64,000 nt of DNA from Phycisphaerae bacterium (lineage in GTDB: Bacteria > Planctomycetota > Phycisphaerae > UBA1845). Below the pieces are notes generated by a model. It was not told the DNA's origin. It saw nothing but the letters and a program-made list of their open reading frames with translations, and searched no databases. The stretch is from positions 1,856,001 through 1,920,000 of the forward strand of contig CAXXGO010000006.1 in assembly GCA_963666835.2 (NCBI GenBank), given 5' to 3'. Positions 49,531 to 59,101 of this stretch are shown here, in pieces. Made by a program: the position numbers and the translations under genes. Every line of letters begins with the position of its first letter. The first letter of the stretch is position 1.

Positions 49531-51243
49531 GTCTCGTGCCTCGACCGTGCCCTACAAGATCGAACGCACGCCGAAGGCGTCCAACAGCAAAGCCCAGGGT
49601 AAACGAAGCGGCGTAGCCGCGAAGTGCCACCCTGGGTCACGGGGCTCCCTCCTGTCCCAACCCCGAAGCGGGTTGAACAACAGCGTTCGGCCGGCGTAGC
49701 AAACTGGTCCGCGGAGCGGACCCTACCGGACCTGACACACACGCGGCACTCGCATGGACAAGGGAAGATCATCGGCTTCCCCACCTCTAAAGAGATGGGC
49801 CACCCGGCCGTGATCGGTGCATGCCGCGCGCCTTGGTGGCAGGTCTCGTGCCTCGACCGTGCCCTACAAGATCGGACGCACGCCGAAGGCGTCCAACAGC
49901 AAAGCCCAGGGTAAACGAAGCGGCGTAGCCGCGAAGTGCCACCCTGGGTCACGGGGCTCCCTCCTGTCCCAACCCCGAAGCGGGTTGAACAACAGCGTTC
50001 GGCCGGCGTAGCAAACTGGTCCGCGGAGCGGACCCTACCGGATCTGACACACACGCGGCACTCGCATGGACAAGGGAAGATCATCGGCTTCCCCACCTCT
50101 AAAGAGATGGGCCACCCGGCCGTGATCGCTGCATGCCGCGTGCCTTGGTGGCAGGTCTCGTTCCTCGACCGTGCCCTACAAGATCGGACGCACGCCGAAG
50201 GCGTCCAACAGCAAAGCCCAGGGTAAACGAAGCGGCGTAGCCGCGAAGTGCCACCCTGGGTCACGGGGCTCCCTCCTGTCCCAACCCCGAAGCGGGTTGA
50301 ACAACAGCGTTCGGCCGGCGTAGCAAACTGGTCCGCGGAGCGGATCCTACCGGATTTGACACACACGCGGCACTCGCATGGACAAGGGAAGATCATCGGC
50401 TTTCCCACCTCTAAAGAGATGGGCCACCCGGCCGTGATCGGTGCATGCCGCGCGCCTTGGTGGCAGGTCTCGTGCCTCGACCGTGCCCTACAAGATCGGA
50501 CGCACGCCGAAGGCGTCCAACAGCAAAGCCCAGGGTAAACGAAGCGGCGTAGCCGTGAAGTGCCACCCTGGGTCACGGGGCTCCCTCCTGTCCCAACCCC
50601 GAAGCGGGTTGAACAACAGCGTTCGGCCGGCGTAGCAAACTGGTCCGCGGAGCGGACCCTACCGGACCTGACACACACGCGGCACTCGCATGGACAAGGG
50701 AAGATCATCGGCTTCCCCACCTCTAAAGAGATGGGCCACCCGGCCGTGATCGCTGCATGCCGCGTGCCTTGGTGGCAGGTCTCGTTCCTCGACCGTGCCC
50801 TACAAGATCGGACGCACGCCGAAGGCGTCCAACAGCAAAGCCCAGGGTAAACGAAGCGGCGTAGCCGCGAAGTGCCACCCTGGGTCACGGGGCTCCCTCC
50901 TGTCCCAACCCCGAAGCGGGTTGAACAACAGCGTTCGGCCGGCGTAGCAAACTGGTCCGCGGAGCGGACCATACCGGACCTGACACACACGCGGCACTCG
51001 CATGGACAAGGGAAGATCATCGGCTTTCCCACCTCTAAAGAGATGGGCCACCCGGCCGTGATTGCTGCATGCCGCGCGCCTTGGTGGCAGGTCTCGTTCC
51101 TCGACCGTGCCCTACAAGATCGAACGCACGCCGAAGGCGTCCAACAGCAAAGCCCAGGGTAAACGAAGCGGCGTAGCCGCGAAGCAGACTGGTCCGCGGA
51201 GCGGACCATACCGGCTCTAAAGAGGTGGGGCACCCGGCCCGTG
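49518..51243. repeat. Tandem array of 5 full 312-bp units plus one internally deleted unit; BIME-like mosaic of REP-type palindromes
   Basis: GCCTTGGTGGCAGGTCTCG at 49518, 49830, 50142, 50454, 50766 and 51078; units differ at only a few positions; lies between convergent genes. Confidence 0.97.
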
Positions 51244-51247
51244 CATC

Positions 51248-51715
51248 TCACTCGCGAAGCGGTAGACCCTCGGCGTCGCGCATCGCCCCGACGAGGCAGA
51301 GGACGCCTTCGATGAAGCCCCAGACGCCCGCGATTCCGAACGTCATGAAGGTCAAGAAGATCTGGAGGATGCCGATCCCCGGAAAACCGAGGTAGAAGCG
51401 GTGCACTCCGAATGACCCGAGCAGAATCCCCAAGACACCTGCCACCCAGCGATTCCGCCACGAGTAGGACCCGTCGAGATCCGGCGGAAACCTGTGCCGC
51501 GTTGGGCTCGGCGGGCTAGCGGGAGGCGCGACCGGGCGAGGCGCGGTCTCGTCAGCTGCTTCTAGAGTCTGCCAGGGCGTAATTGCGTGATCGCAGTGCG
51601 GACAGGCCACCGGTGCTCGCAGGTGTTCCGAGGCGACGCGCATCGGCTTGCCGCATTGAGGGCAGTACATCGTCACGGCCTGTTGGTCGAGAATGTCGAG
51701 TTGCGTCCCGTTCAT
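51248..51715 (-). CDS. TM2 (NINE) domain protein with an N-terminal zinc ribbon
   Basis: CPQC...CPHC; RNRWVAGVLGILLGSFGVHRFYLG...GVWGFIEG...DAEGLPL. Confidence 0.9.
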   Translation of the reverse strand: MNGTQLDILDQQAVTMYCPQCGKPMRVASEHLRAPVACPHCDHAITPWQTLEAADETAPRPVAPPASPPSPTRHRFPPDLDGSYSWRNRWVAGVLGILLGSFGVHRFYLGFPGIGILQIFLTFMTFGIAGVWGFIEGVLCLVGAMRDAEGLPLRE

Positions 51716-51894
51716 ACTTGTTCTTCCGGCGATTGATGCCATCATAGCCTTTGGAGCGGGACGAAGCCATTGTCGGTTCCGGCGACGCCCAAGCGGAGGC
51801 ATCTCGCTGGGGGATTATTCGGCGTGGGGCTTGGATTATTTGATCAGCCCCTAAACGCCGTCGGACGAAGGCCTTATCGGAGTGACCGGGCAGA

Positions 51895-52767
51895 ATGGGC
51901 CTCTTTGACCAACACGTTCATTCCCGGCACTCCTTCGACTCGCGGGCGGATCCGAGCGCGTGCGTGGAGGCCGCGCTCGCCCGAGGACTGGCCGGCATTA
52001 CCTTCACGGAGCATCTCGACACGCACCCGGATGAATGGCGTGATTGCGTGTACGACGACGAGGCGTACTCGGCCACTATCCGGGACTTACGCACGCGATT
52101 CGGGGACCGGATCTTCATCGGGAAGGGCATAGAGGTCTGCTATCAGCCTGAACGGATGGGGTTCATTCAGGATTTCCTCGCAGCACACCGCTTCGACGTC
52201 GTTCTGCTTAGCGTTCACTACTTCGGACCGCCTCCGGCGCGACCGGTACACGTCCGGGAACACTGGCAGAACCTGGATCCGGAAACCGGCACGCGGCTAT
52301 ACCTGGAGCACGTGTTGGAGGCGGCGACATTCTGTGCGAAGCTGCACGGGCGAGCCGGACGGGTCTTCGATGTCCTCGGCCATCTCGATATGGTGAAGCG
52401 TTACACCCAGCGGTTTCTCGGGTTGAACATGGTATCGCTGTTTCCGGATCTGACTGACGAGATACTCCGGGCGTGCCTGGCGGCGGATCTCGTTCCGGAG
52501 GTCAATACGTCCTCGCTTCGGCAGGGTCTGGAAGAAACGATGCCTGGGGACAATGTGGTGCGGCGATACGCGGAACTTGGCGGGCGAGCGATGTCGCTGG
52601 GTTCCGACGCTCATCCGGCCGAGTCCGTGGGGGCGGGCTTTCCCCGTGCGGTGGCTGCATTGCGGGCGGCCGGGATCGCGCACATTGCTGTTTATCAGGA
52701 ACGCCGCAAAACCGAGGTGCCGATCGACGGCACTCAGCCCTCCCCGCGCAGCGTGCGGGGGACGTAG
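51895..52767 (+). CDS. PHP-domain histidinol-phosphatase HisJ-family protein
   Basis: DQHVHSRHSFDS, FTEH, GIEV, LSVH, LGHLD, EVNTS, LGSDAH. Confidence 0.88.
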   Translation: MGLFDQHVHSRHSFDSRADPSACVEAALARGLAGITFTEHLDTHPDEWRDCVYDDEAYSATIRDLRTRFGDRIFIGKGIEVCYQPERMGFIQDFLAAHRFDVVLLSVHYFGPPPARPVHVREHWQNLDPETGTRLYLEHVLEAATFCAKLHGRAGRVFDVLGHLDMVKRYTQRFLGLNMVSLFPDLTDEILRACLAADLVPEVNTSSLRQGLEETMPGDNVVRRYAELGGRAMSLGSDAHPAESVGAGFPRAVAALRAAGIAHIAVYQERRKTEVPIDGTQPSPRSVRGT

Positions 52768-52917
52768 CGCAGGCTTCCAGCCTGCCCCCGGATGGTCCTG
52801 TTCCAGCGGCAGTCCGGCAGGTCGGGCTCAGCCCGACGCCAGACTCTCGACTTGGTTTTAGTCCGGTAGGTCGGGCTCAGCCCGACGCGAGACTGTCGGG
52901 CCGAGCCCAATGGTACT
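52763..52917. repeat. REP-like cluster: CGTAGCGCAGGCTTCCAGCCTGC and G(T/C)AGGTCGGGCTCAGCCCGAC x2
   Basis: Short GTAG-headed palindromes; a related copy in the opposite orientation at ~53510-53536. Confidence 0.7.
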
Positions 52918-52999
52918 AACCTTGGCAGAAGAGACGAGAGAGTTCTCTCTGATGTGCGGACTGCTTCCCGTCCGAGTACGCCAACGGCGTTGCGCCCTC

Positions 53000-53305
53000 C
53001 AGCCCGAAGGGCTCAGATGAAGTAGCCGGGGGCAAAGCCGCGCAGCGGCCGCCGCCCCCGGACCCGATCCCCACAACCTCCCTTACCCCGGTAGGGGTCA
53101 AATGCCTTGGGCGGATGCGTTTCGCGAGTCCGTCATGTCTTTCGACGCATTCTCAAAGAAGCCGGGCAGCCGAAACGGACGCGCGGTTCATCGCCGCCGT
53201 CTCTTGCACCCTTTCAGGGTGCTTGGGATTGTTGGGACCTCATCCGGGGGCGGCGGCCGCTGCGCGGCCTTGCCCCCGGCTATTGTCTTGTAGGCTTTCA
53301 GCCTG
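53000..53305. repeat. Large inverted repeat (REPIN/MITE-like)
   Basis: 53023-53062 and 53243-53282 are reverse complements with 1 mismatch in 40; flanking (T/C)GAA-type hairpins mirror each other. Confidence 0.8.
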
Positions 53306-53542
53306 AACACCGAGCCGGCTTGACGCCTTTCGCTGAAAAGGAAGCCGCGCCTTGCGGCCTTTCAGACTGGGGATTGGGCCACCGCGGAGTCGGACGGATA
53401 CGCTTCGCTCGCCCAGCAAAGATGTGTAGAACAACGAGGCGCTCCACCCGTGGCTACTTGCCCAAAGTCCCTTCGGGACGGTTGCCCGCATGGTGGCCTG
53501 ACAAAGGTCAGTACCATTGGGCAGAGCCCGACCTACTTGGCT

Positions 53543-54460
53543 TCAGGAGACCGGTGGGGGCAAGTTGGGATCGAGGCCCGTTCGCGATGATCTCTCGATT
53601 TCGGTGATCATCGCTCCGCGCCGCCACACGCGAACCGTACCGGTGGACTCGGAAAGCGAGATGGCCAGGCACTTGGTGGTGGCGGTGATCGCGGCCGCGG
53701 CCGCATGCCGGGTGCCGAACTCCTGGGGAAGACACTCGCCGGCCAACGCCGGTCGGAGAGTCGTACCGCCGGAGAGGATCACGCCGTTGCCTTTTATAAT
53801 GAACGCTCCGTCGAGCTTGGCGATTTCCTTGACCGTATCGCGCATGGACTCGTCCATGATATTGCGTTCACGCTCGGTGTAGCCTTTGAAGGGGTTGATT
53901 CGTCCCTCCTGGCAGTACTTCAGCACTTCTCGGTGACTTCCGACGACGAAGATCGTCCCTACGGGCTTACCCTCGCGGCCCTCGTGGGCCAGCTCGAGGG
54001 CGAGCGTGAGGACTCGCTCGAACACGGCCGGGCGGATGTGTTCGGTAAGTTCGGGCTGTCCCACGGACTGGAAGATTTCGTATTCGTCGCCGACCTTCAT
54101 CGTTACGAGCGTATCGACGCTGTGGCCGATCACGCCGGAGAGGAACACCAATACGTCTCCGCTCTTAATGATCTGCTTCGAGAACGCGAGCATCGTGGCC
54201 ATCTTGATCTGCCCCATCCGGGTGAGGTTGAAGGCGGGCACGACCATGGCTTCTATCGAGTGGTCCGCGGCACGCTGCTCCTCTTGAACATCGCGACAGA
54301 CCAGGACCAGCTTGGTCTTGGCGGGCATAGTCTTCTTGACGGCTTCCAGATCATCCAAGGCGCCGATGTACGCGAAGAGAGTCTCGGCCGCGGTTGCCTT
54401 GGCCACGTCGGCGGCGGCTTTGATGATCGGTCCGGCAATGTCGATTTCGCCCTTGGCCAC
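53543..54460 (-). CDS. Diadenylate cyclase, DisA_N domain (DacZ-like architecture)
   Basis: ELAHEGREGKPVGTIFVVG, NPFKGY, KEIAKLDGAFII, GTRHAAAAAIT, SESTG; GGAGG RBS before GTG 54460. Confidence 0.88.
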   Translation of the reverse strand: MAKGEIDIAGPIIKAAADVAKATAAETLFAYIGALDDLEAVKKTMPAKTKLVLVCRDVQEEQRAADHSIEAMVVPAFNLTRMGQIKMATMLAFSKQIIKSGDVLVFLSGVIGHSVDTLVTMKVGDEYEIFQSVGQPELTEHIRPAVFERVLTLALELAHEGREGKPVGTIFVVGSHREVLKYCQEGRINPFKGYTERERNIMDESMRDTVKEIAKLDGAFIIKGNGVILSGGTTLRPALAGECLPQEFGTRHAAAAAITATTKCLAISLSESTGTVRVWRRGAMITEIERSSRTGLDPNLPPPVS

Positions 54461-54631
54461 GCTGGGCCCTCCTGCGAATGGCAAAGCAGCTTACTAAGAA
54501 AGCGGATCGGTCGGAAGCCCGGAAGCCGGCCGGAGCCCTCCAACCCGTGTACGTCGAGCGAATGGCGGCGGTTCGGATCGGGATATACGAGTTCGCCATC
54601 CCTCGGCCGACGCACTATACTGATCGGCGAT

Positions 54632-56419
54632 ATGACTCACCGACTCCTGCGATGTGTGATCTGTCTGTCCGTCGTTGCCACAGTGGTCCCGGCAGCGCCG
54701 GCCCTGGCGGAGCCTGCGTCACCACCGACGTTGACTGCCGGGCATCGGGTGTTTCTTTCCAGGATAGCCCGGCGCACCCTCCGTGATGTCGCATTGGGAC
54801 GGGTCAAGTACGAGCCGGAGTACATCCCGGCGGCTCTGGAGTCGTTGACTCTCGAGGCCGTCGTGCGGGTCCGCCAGGGGGGGCTGTTGATCGTTGAAAG
54901 CAACGGAGGCCCCGCCCCGGTGGCCGAAGCGGTTCGCGATGCGGCTTTCGCGGCCGCAACGATCTGGGCGACCGCGGAGCCGATTGACGTTGAGCTCTTG
55001 CCGTCGCTTATAATTGAGATTGAGGTCGTGGGGCCGCCCGAGCCGATCGACTTGGACGTTGACTGGACCAAGCCGCGGGCGGTCGATCCGTTCATCGAGC
55101 CCGGGGTCCACGGGGTGGTGCTGAGCGGTCCGCGGATTCACCGCCGTTTCTGCCCCACGGAAGTCTTCACCAATGACATGGTCATGGCGGATGCGCTGGA
55201 GCTTTTGGCGCGGAACGTCCTGTCCAACCCGTCTCAAGTTCGCCAGACGCAGTTGCAGCGCTTTAGGACGCTGCACTGGTACCAGGCTTCTTCGCGGGCG
55301 GAGCCGGTTGCGCTGCATCGCGGTCTTACAATCGTACCCCCGTCGGCCGTTTCAGAGAGGGAGCTTGATGAGTGCATCGATCGGCTTGCTACCTACATGT
55401 GTTACCGGCAGCAGGCCTCCGGGCTCTTCGCATACCTGTACGAACCTGCCTGGGATCGGTATTCCGAAGACAACAACATCGTGCGCCAGGTAGGGGCGAC
55501 GGCCGCAATGGCTTTCCATGCCCAATGGTCCGGCAAGGCGGCTTCGCACGGCGCCGCGGACTTGGGGATTCGCTATCATCTGGCGGGGCTTACGGACTTC
55601 GCCGGCGTTGAAAACGGGGCCTTCGTGGCGACGGCCGATGGGCAGAACAAGCTCGGGGTGACGGCGTTGCTGACGATCGCCATGGCCCAGCACCCTGACG
55701 CGAAGCAGTATGCGGATGTCCGGGAGAGGCTTGTCAACGGGATGCTGGCCCTGCAGCAGCCCTCCGGCGTGTTCGTTACTGCGTTTCCCCCGGCGGATAA
55801 GGTCACCGCCCAAGACTACTTCCCCGGTGAGGCCCTCCTGGCGATGGCGCAGCACTACAGCCACATGCCGAACGCGAGGATCCTGGACGCGTTCGACCGG
55901 GCCATCTCATTCTATCGCGAATACTTTCGGAACCGTCCGTCCCCGGCGTTCGTTCCCTGGCAGGTGCAGGCCTACACCTTGATGGCCTGCCACGGTAAAC
56001 GCCGGGACTATGTGGATTACGTCTTCGAGTTGACCGATTGGCTGGCGGATAAGCAGTTGGATTCCGCGGATTGCCCCTGGCCGGAGTTGCGGGGCGGGAT
56101 CGCGGCTTACCAGCCGGGCCGAGCGGGCGTGGCCACCGCGGCGTACCTTGAAGGCTTCGCCGATGCCTTGGCTCTGGCACGAGAGGTGGGCGACGTCGCC
56201 CGGGCGCAGCGCTACGAGCGGGTCATGCGGGGGGCGGTTCGTTTTGTCATGCAGTTGCAGGTTCGCCCGGAGGAAGCCTACTTCATTCGCAGCCCGCGTG
56301 ACGCCGTGGGGGCTATTCGAACCACGCCGTCGCTGAATCTGTTGCGCATTGACCACTGTCAGCACGCTCTGGTCGGGCTGATCAAGGCCCGGCAAACGCT
56401 CTTCGGCGATGATGACTGA
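54632..56419 (+). CDS. Exported protein with an AMMECR1-like N-terminal region and an alpha/alpha-toroid C-terminal domain
   Basis: Signal peptide; IEIEV...IEPGVHGV; QQASGLFAYLY..., YFPGEALLA, WQVQA, RIDHCQH. Confidence 0.7.
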   Translation: MTHRLLRCVICLSVVATVVPAAPALAEPASPPTLTAGHRVFLSRIARRTLRDVALGRVKYEPEYIPAALESLTLEAVVRVRQGGLLIVESNGGPAPVAEAVRDAAFAAATIWATAEPIDVELLPSLIIEIEVVGPPEPIDLDVDWTKPRAVDPFIEPGVHGVVLSGPRIHRRFCPTEVFTNDMVMADALELLARNVLSNPSQVRQTQLQRFRTLHWYQASSRAEPVALHRGLTIVPPSAVSERELDECIDRLATYMCYRQQASGLFAYLYEPAWDRYSEDNNIVRQVGATAAMAFHAQWSGKAASHGAADLGIRYHLAGLTDFAGVENGAFVATADGQNKLGVTALLTIAMAQHPDAKQYADVRERLVNGMLALQQPSGVFVTAFPPADKVTAQDYFPGEALLAMAQHYSHMPNARILDAFDRAISFYREYFRNRPSPAFVPWQVQAYTLMACHGKRRDYVDYVFELTDWLADKQLDSADCPWPELRGGIAAYQPGRAGVATAAYLEGFADALALAREVGDVARAQRYERVMRGAVRFVMQLQVRPEEAYFIRSPRDAVGAIRTTPSLNLLRIDHCQHALVGLIKARQTLFGDDD

Positions 56420-58430
56420 CCTCGCCCCAAACCACCGCGGACGCGCCTTACTCCCACTGGCAGTGGTCTTTGCCGTTGTGGCCCTGGCCGGGGTGGCGGT
56501 TGTCTCGCGCTATGCCCTGCTGAGCGTCAGCCTGGAGCTGCTGGCGGCTCTGGTCGTGGTGGTGCCGGCACTGATGTTCGGGGTGGTGCTCTGCGGGGTC
56601 TTTAGACTCGGCCGGATGCCGCAGCGTTGGCATTTCCTGCTTTCTGCGGCGTTGGGGCTCGGGGCGATGTCTCTGTTGGTGCTCTTTGCGGGGTTGGCCG
56701 GTCTGCTGGCTCGTCCGTTGTGGGTCGGGCTGATCGGCGCGCTCTTTGTTCTAGGTCTCGACCGAATGCGCCGCGATCTGCGTTCGCAGAAGGTAGAATC
56801 GCAAACCTTATCCGCCGATACGCAGTGGGCCGCCGGGGGCACGCGTTATCTGTGGCTGATTGCCGCTCCGTTTCTCAGCCTGGCGCTGCTGGCGGCCACG
56901 AACGCCCCGGGCTTCATCTGGCAGGAGGAGGGGTTCGGCTACGATGTTCTCGAATACCATCTTCAGCTCCCGAAGGAGTATCGCCAGGCGGGTCGGATCG
57001 CCTACCAGCCGCACAATGTCTATGCCAACTTCCCGGCCAACGTGGAGATGCTCTACCTGCTCGGCATGGTTCTCCAGGATGATGACGTCGAGACCGGAGT
57101 AAGCGCCAACCTGATTCACCTGATCTTCGGCGCGTTGACGGTCGTTGCGGCGTGGGTTGCGGGTCGAGAGTGGTCTCCGCGTGCGGGAGCGCTGGCCGGG
57201 CTGGCGGCGGCTTCGGTGGGATGGCTGGGCTATCTGTCCGGGCTGGCTTACGTCGAGAACGGGATGCTGTTTTTCGGGATGGCCGCCGCGGCGGCGCTGC
57301 TGCGCGCGGCGCGACTTTCAGAGGACTACCGCAGAAGATGGCTGATCCTGGCGGGCGTGCTGGCGGGTTTCGCATGCGGCTGCAAGTACACGGCCGTGCC
57401 GATGATTGCATTGCCGCTTGGGGTGGGCGTGTTGTTCATGCCGGCACGATCTTGGCGTGCCCGGATTGTCGATGGTGTGGCGTACGCAGCGGCGGCGGCA
57501 GTGACGATGTCGCCTTGGCTGGTCAAGAACCAGCTCATGACCGGCAGCCCGGTTTTTCCGCTGGCCAACGGGGTATTCGAGGCGAGTCCGCCGGGGTGGG
57601 GCGAACCCCAAGCCGCGATGTGGAAGCGCGGCCATCAACCGGCGCCGGAGGAACGGTCGATCACCGGTCGGCTGGCGGCGTTGTGGCGGCATGTTCCGGG
57701 CGACCATTATCAGCGGTTCGGGCCGGCGATACTCACTCTCGCCATAGGGGGGCTTTTCTGCCGGAAGCGCGATCGAGTAGATCTGATCCTCGTGATGATC
57801 TTGACGCTGCAACTGGCGGTCTGGCTACTGGCCACGCACCTTTACGCCCGCTTCGCGGTGGTTCTGTTGATTCCGCTGGCGCTACTGGCCGGTCGCGCGG
57901 CCGGGGCGGCTGTGGGGCGGTTGCGGATGGGCATAATCGTCGGAGTACTAGTGGTCGGCAGCGCGTGGAACTTCGTGTTCGCGGCCGACCTTCATCGTCG
58001 CGAATCGCCGGGCGGAGCTCCGGCGGCGTTGTTCTATGAGGGAAAGGTACCGGGCTACGAGCATCTTGGCTTCGTAAACGGTCTTTCAGAGGACACGCGG
58101 ATTCTGCTGGTCGGCGATGCTCGCGCGTTCTACTATCGTCGCAGCGTGGATTACTGCGTGGTGTTCAACAGGTCTCCGTTCGTCGAAGCGGTCCGATCCG
58201 CCGCGGACGAAGCCGGCGTTGTCGCCTGGCTGCGCGAGCAGGGGTACACGCATGTGGTAGTGGACTGGAGCGAGATCGCCCGCCTGACGGCCACCTACGG
58301 ATTCGCCCCGGAAGTCAACGATGACCTATTCCGCCGTCTGGAGGCGGAGGGGCTCAAACCGGTAAGCGAATTCGCCCACCCGGACACCGGGAGGCGTCTC
58401 GTATCAGTGTTTGAGACGCCTGTGGAATAA
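56409..58430 (+). CDS. GT-C-type (PMT/ArnT-like) multi-pass membrane glycosyltransferase
   Basis: More than 10 TMs; YDVLEYHL..PK, NFPANVEMLY, AYVE, GFACGCKYT, PWLVKN...G.PVFP. Confidence 0.75.
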   Translation: MMTDLAPNHRGRALLPLAVVFAVVALAGVAVVSRYALLSVSLELLAALVVVVPALMFGVVLCGVFRLGRMPQRWHFLLSAALGLGAMSLLVLFAGLAGLLARPLWVGLIGALFVLGLDRMRRDLRSQKVESQTLSADTQWAAGGTRYLWLIAAPFLSLALLAATNAPGFIWQEEGFGYDVLEYHLQLPKEYRQAGRIAYQPHNVYANFPANVEMLYLLGMVLQDDDVETGVSANLIHLIFGALTVVAAWVAGREWSPRAGALAGLAAASVGWLGYLSGLAYVENGMLFFGMAAAAALLRAARLSEDYRRRWLILAGVLAGFACGCKYTAVPMIALPLGVGVLFMPARSWRARIVDGVAYAAAAAVTMSPWLVKNQLMTGSPVFPLANGVFEASPPGWGEPQAAMWKRGHQPAPEERSITGRLAALWRHVPGDHYQRFGPAILTLAIGGLFCRKRDRVDLILVMILTLQLAVWLLATHLYARFAVVLLIPLALLAGRAAGAAVGRLRMGIIVGVLVVGSAWNFVFAADLHRRESPGGAPAALFYEGKVPGYEHLGFVNGLSEDTRILLVGDARAFYYRRSVDYCVVFNRSPFVEAVRSAADEAGVVAWLREQGYTHVVVDWSEIARLTATYGFAPEVNDDLFRRLEAEGLKPVSEFAHPDTGRRLVSVFETPVE

Positions 58431-58477
58431 CGTGCGGAAGGGGCGGCTTGCGTGTCGGTGCAACATTGTGGGCTCGT

Positions 58478-59101
58478 TTACTCGGCGTGAGCCTCCTTGA
58501 CGAACTTGCGGAGTGATCGGCTTCGCTTCTGGACTACGGTACACTCCGCCCTGATGTTCCGGGCGAGATCGCCGGTCATCTTCCCTTCGGCGTATTTCCT
58601 GTTGGCAACGAACAACTTGGAGAGATCGTTCTTTCCGTCGGAGCCGTCGACGTTTGCGGGAGCATTCGTTCCGCATGAGTCCAATATGTACTTATGTTCA
58701 GAAAGCCCGCGCGGGTCCGCCAGAAGCCAGTTCTCGAACATGCGATCTGGGCAGATGACGGAGATCGCGCAGGGTGAGTGGACCCCCTCCTTCGCCAGTC
58801 TTCGGACAAGAGCGTCATATATTCTTCGCGCCAGGCTTGGGGCGCATTCCTCCCGATTCTCGCGATCGAGGATGACGAGCAGTCTTCGGATCTTCTTGCT
58901 CAATTGAGCCCGCACGCAACCGATCATCCTGTTCACGACGGCCTCAGGCGTCATTTCGCTGCCCTGCCCCTGGAATACCGCAGGCGTTGTCCTTCGTTCG
59001 CCAAGGCGTTCGAGGAGTTCTGGTACGGCGTGATACTCGCTCTGGCCCTCAACGACCAAGCCCAATGGCGCACGCCTATTCGATGTCATCTGCCTCGCCA
59101 T
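58478..59101 (-). CDS. DUF4276-like TOPRIM-fold protein
   Basis: GLVVEGQSE, LLVILDRE, MFENWLLAD, C-terminal SRSLRKF; overlaps the ATPase stop. Confidence 0.8.
   Translation of the reverse strand: MARQMTSNRRAPLGLVVEGQSEYHAVPELLERLGERRTTPAVFQGQGSEMTPEAVVNRMIGCVRAQLSKKIRRLLVILDRENREECAPSLARRIYDALVRRLAKEGVHSPCAISVICPDRMFENWLLADPRGLSEHKYILDSCGTNAPANVDGSDGKNDLSKLFVANRKYAEGKMTGDLARNIRAECTVVQKRSRSLRKFVKEAHAE

Noticed and set aside
49290..51243. CRISPR array
   Set aside because: Whole units are repeated, there are no unique spacers, and no cas genes are present
49188..51461. 757-aa Cys-rich minus-strand ORF and five 96-aa plus-strand ORFs across the array
   Set aside because: They are by-products of a 312-bp (multiple of 3) repeat made of palindromic REP motifs; the long ORF overlaps the TM2 gene out of frame and has no signal peptide or recognisable domain
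53705..54631. N-terminal extension of the 904-aa ORF
   Set aside because: Antisense to the diadenylate cyclase; the real start is ATG 54632, which is followed by a signal peptide
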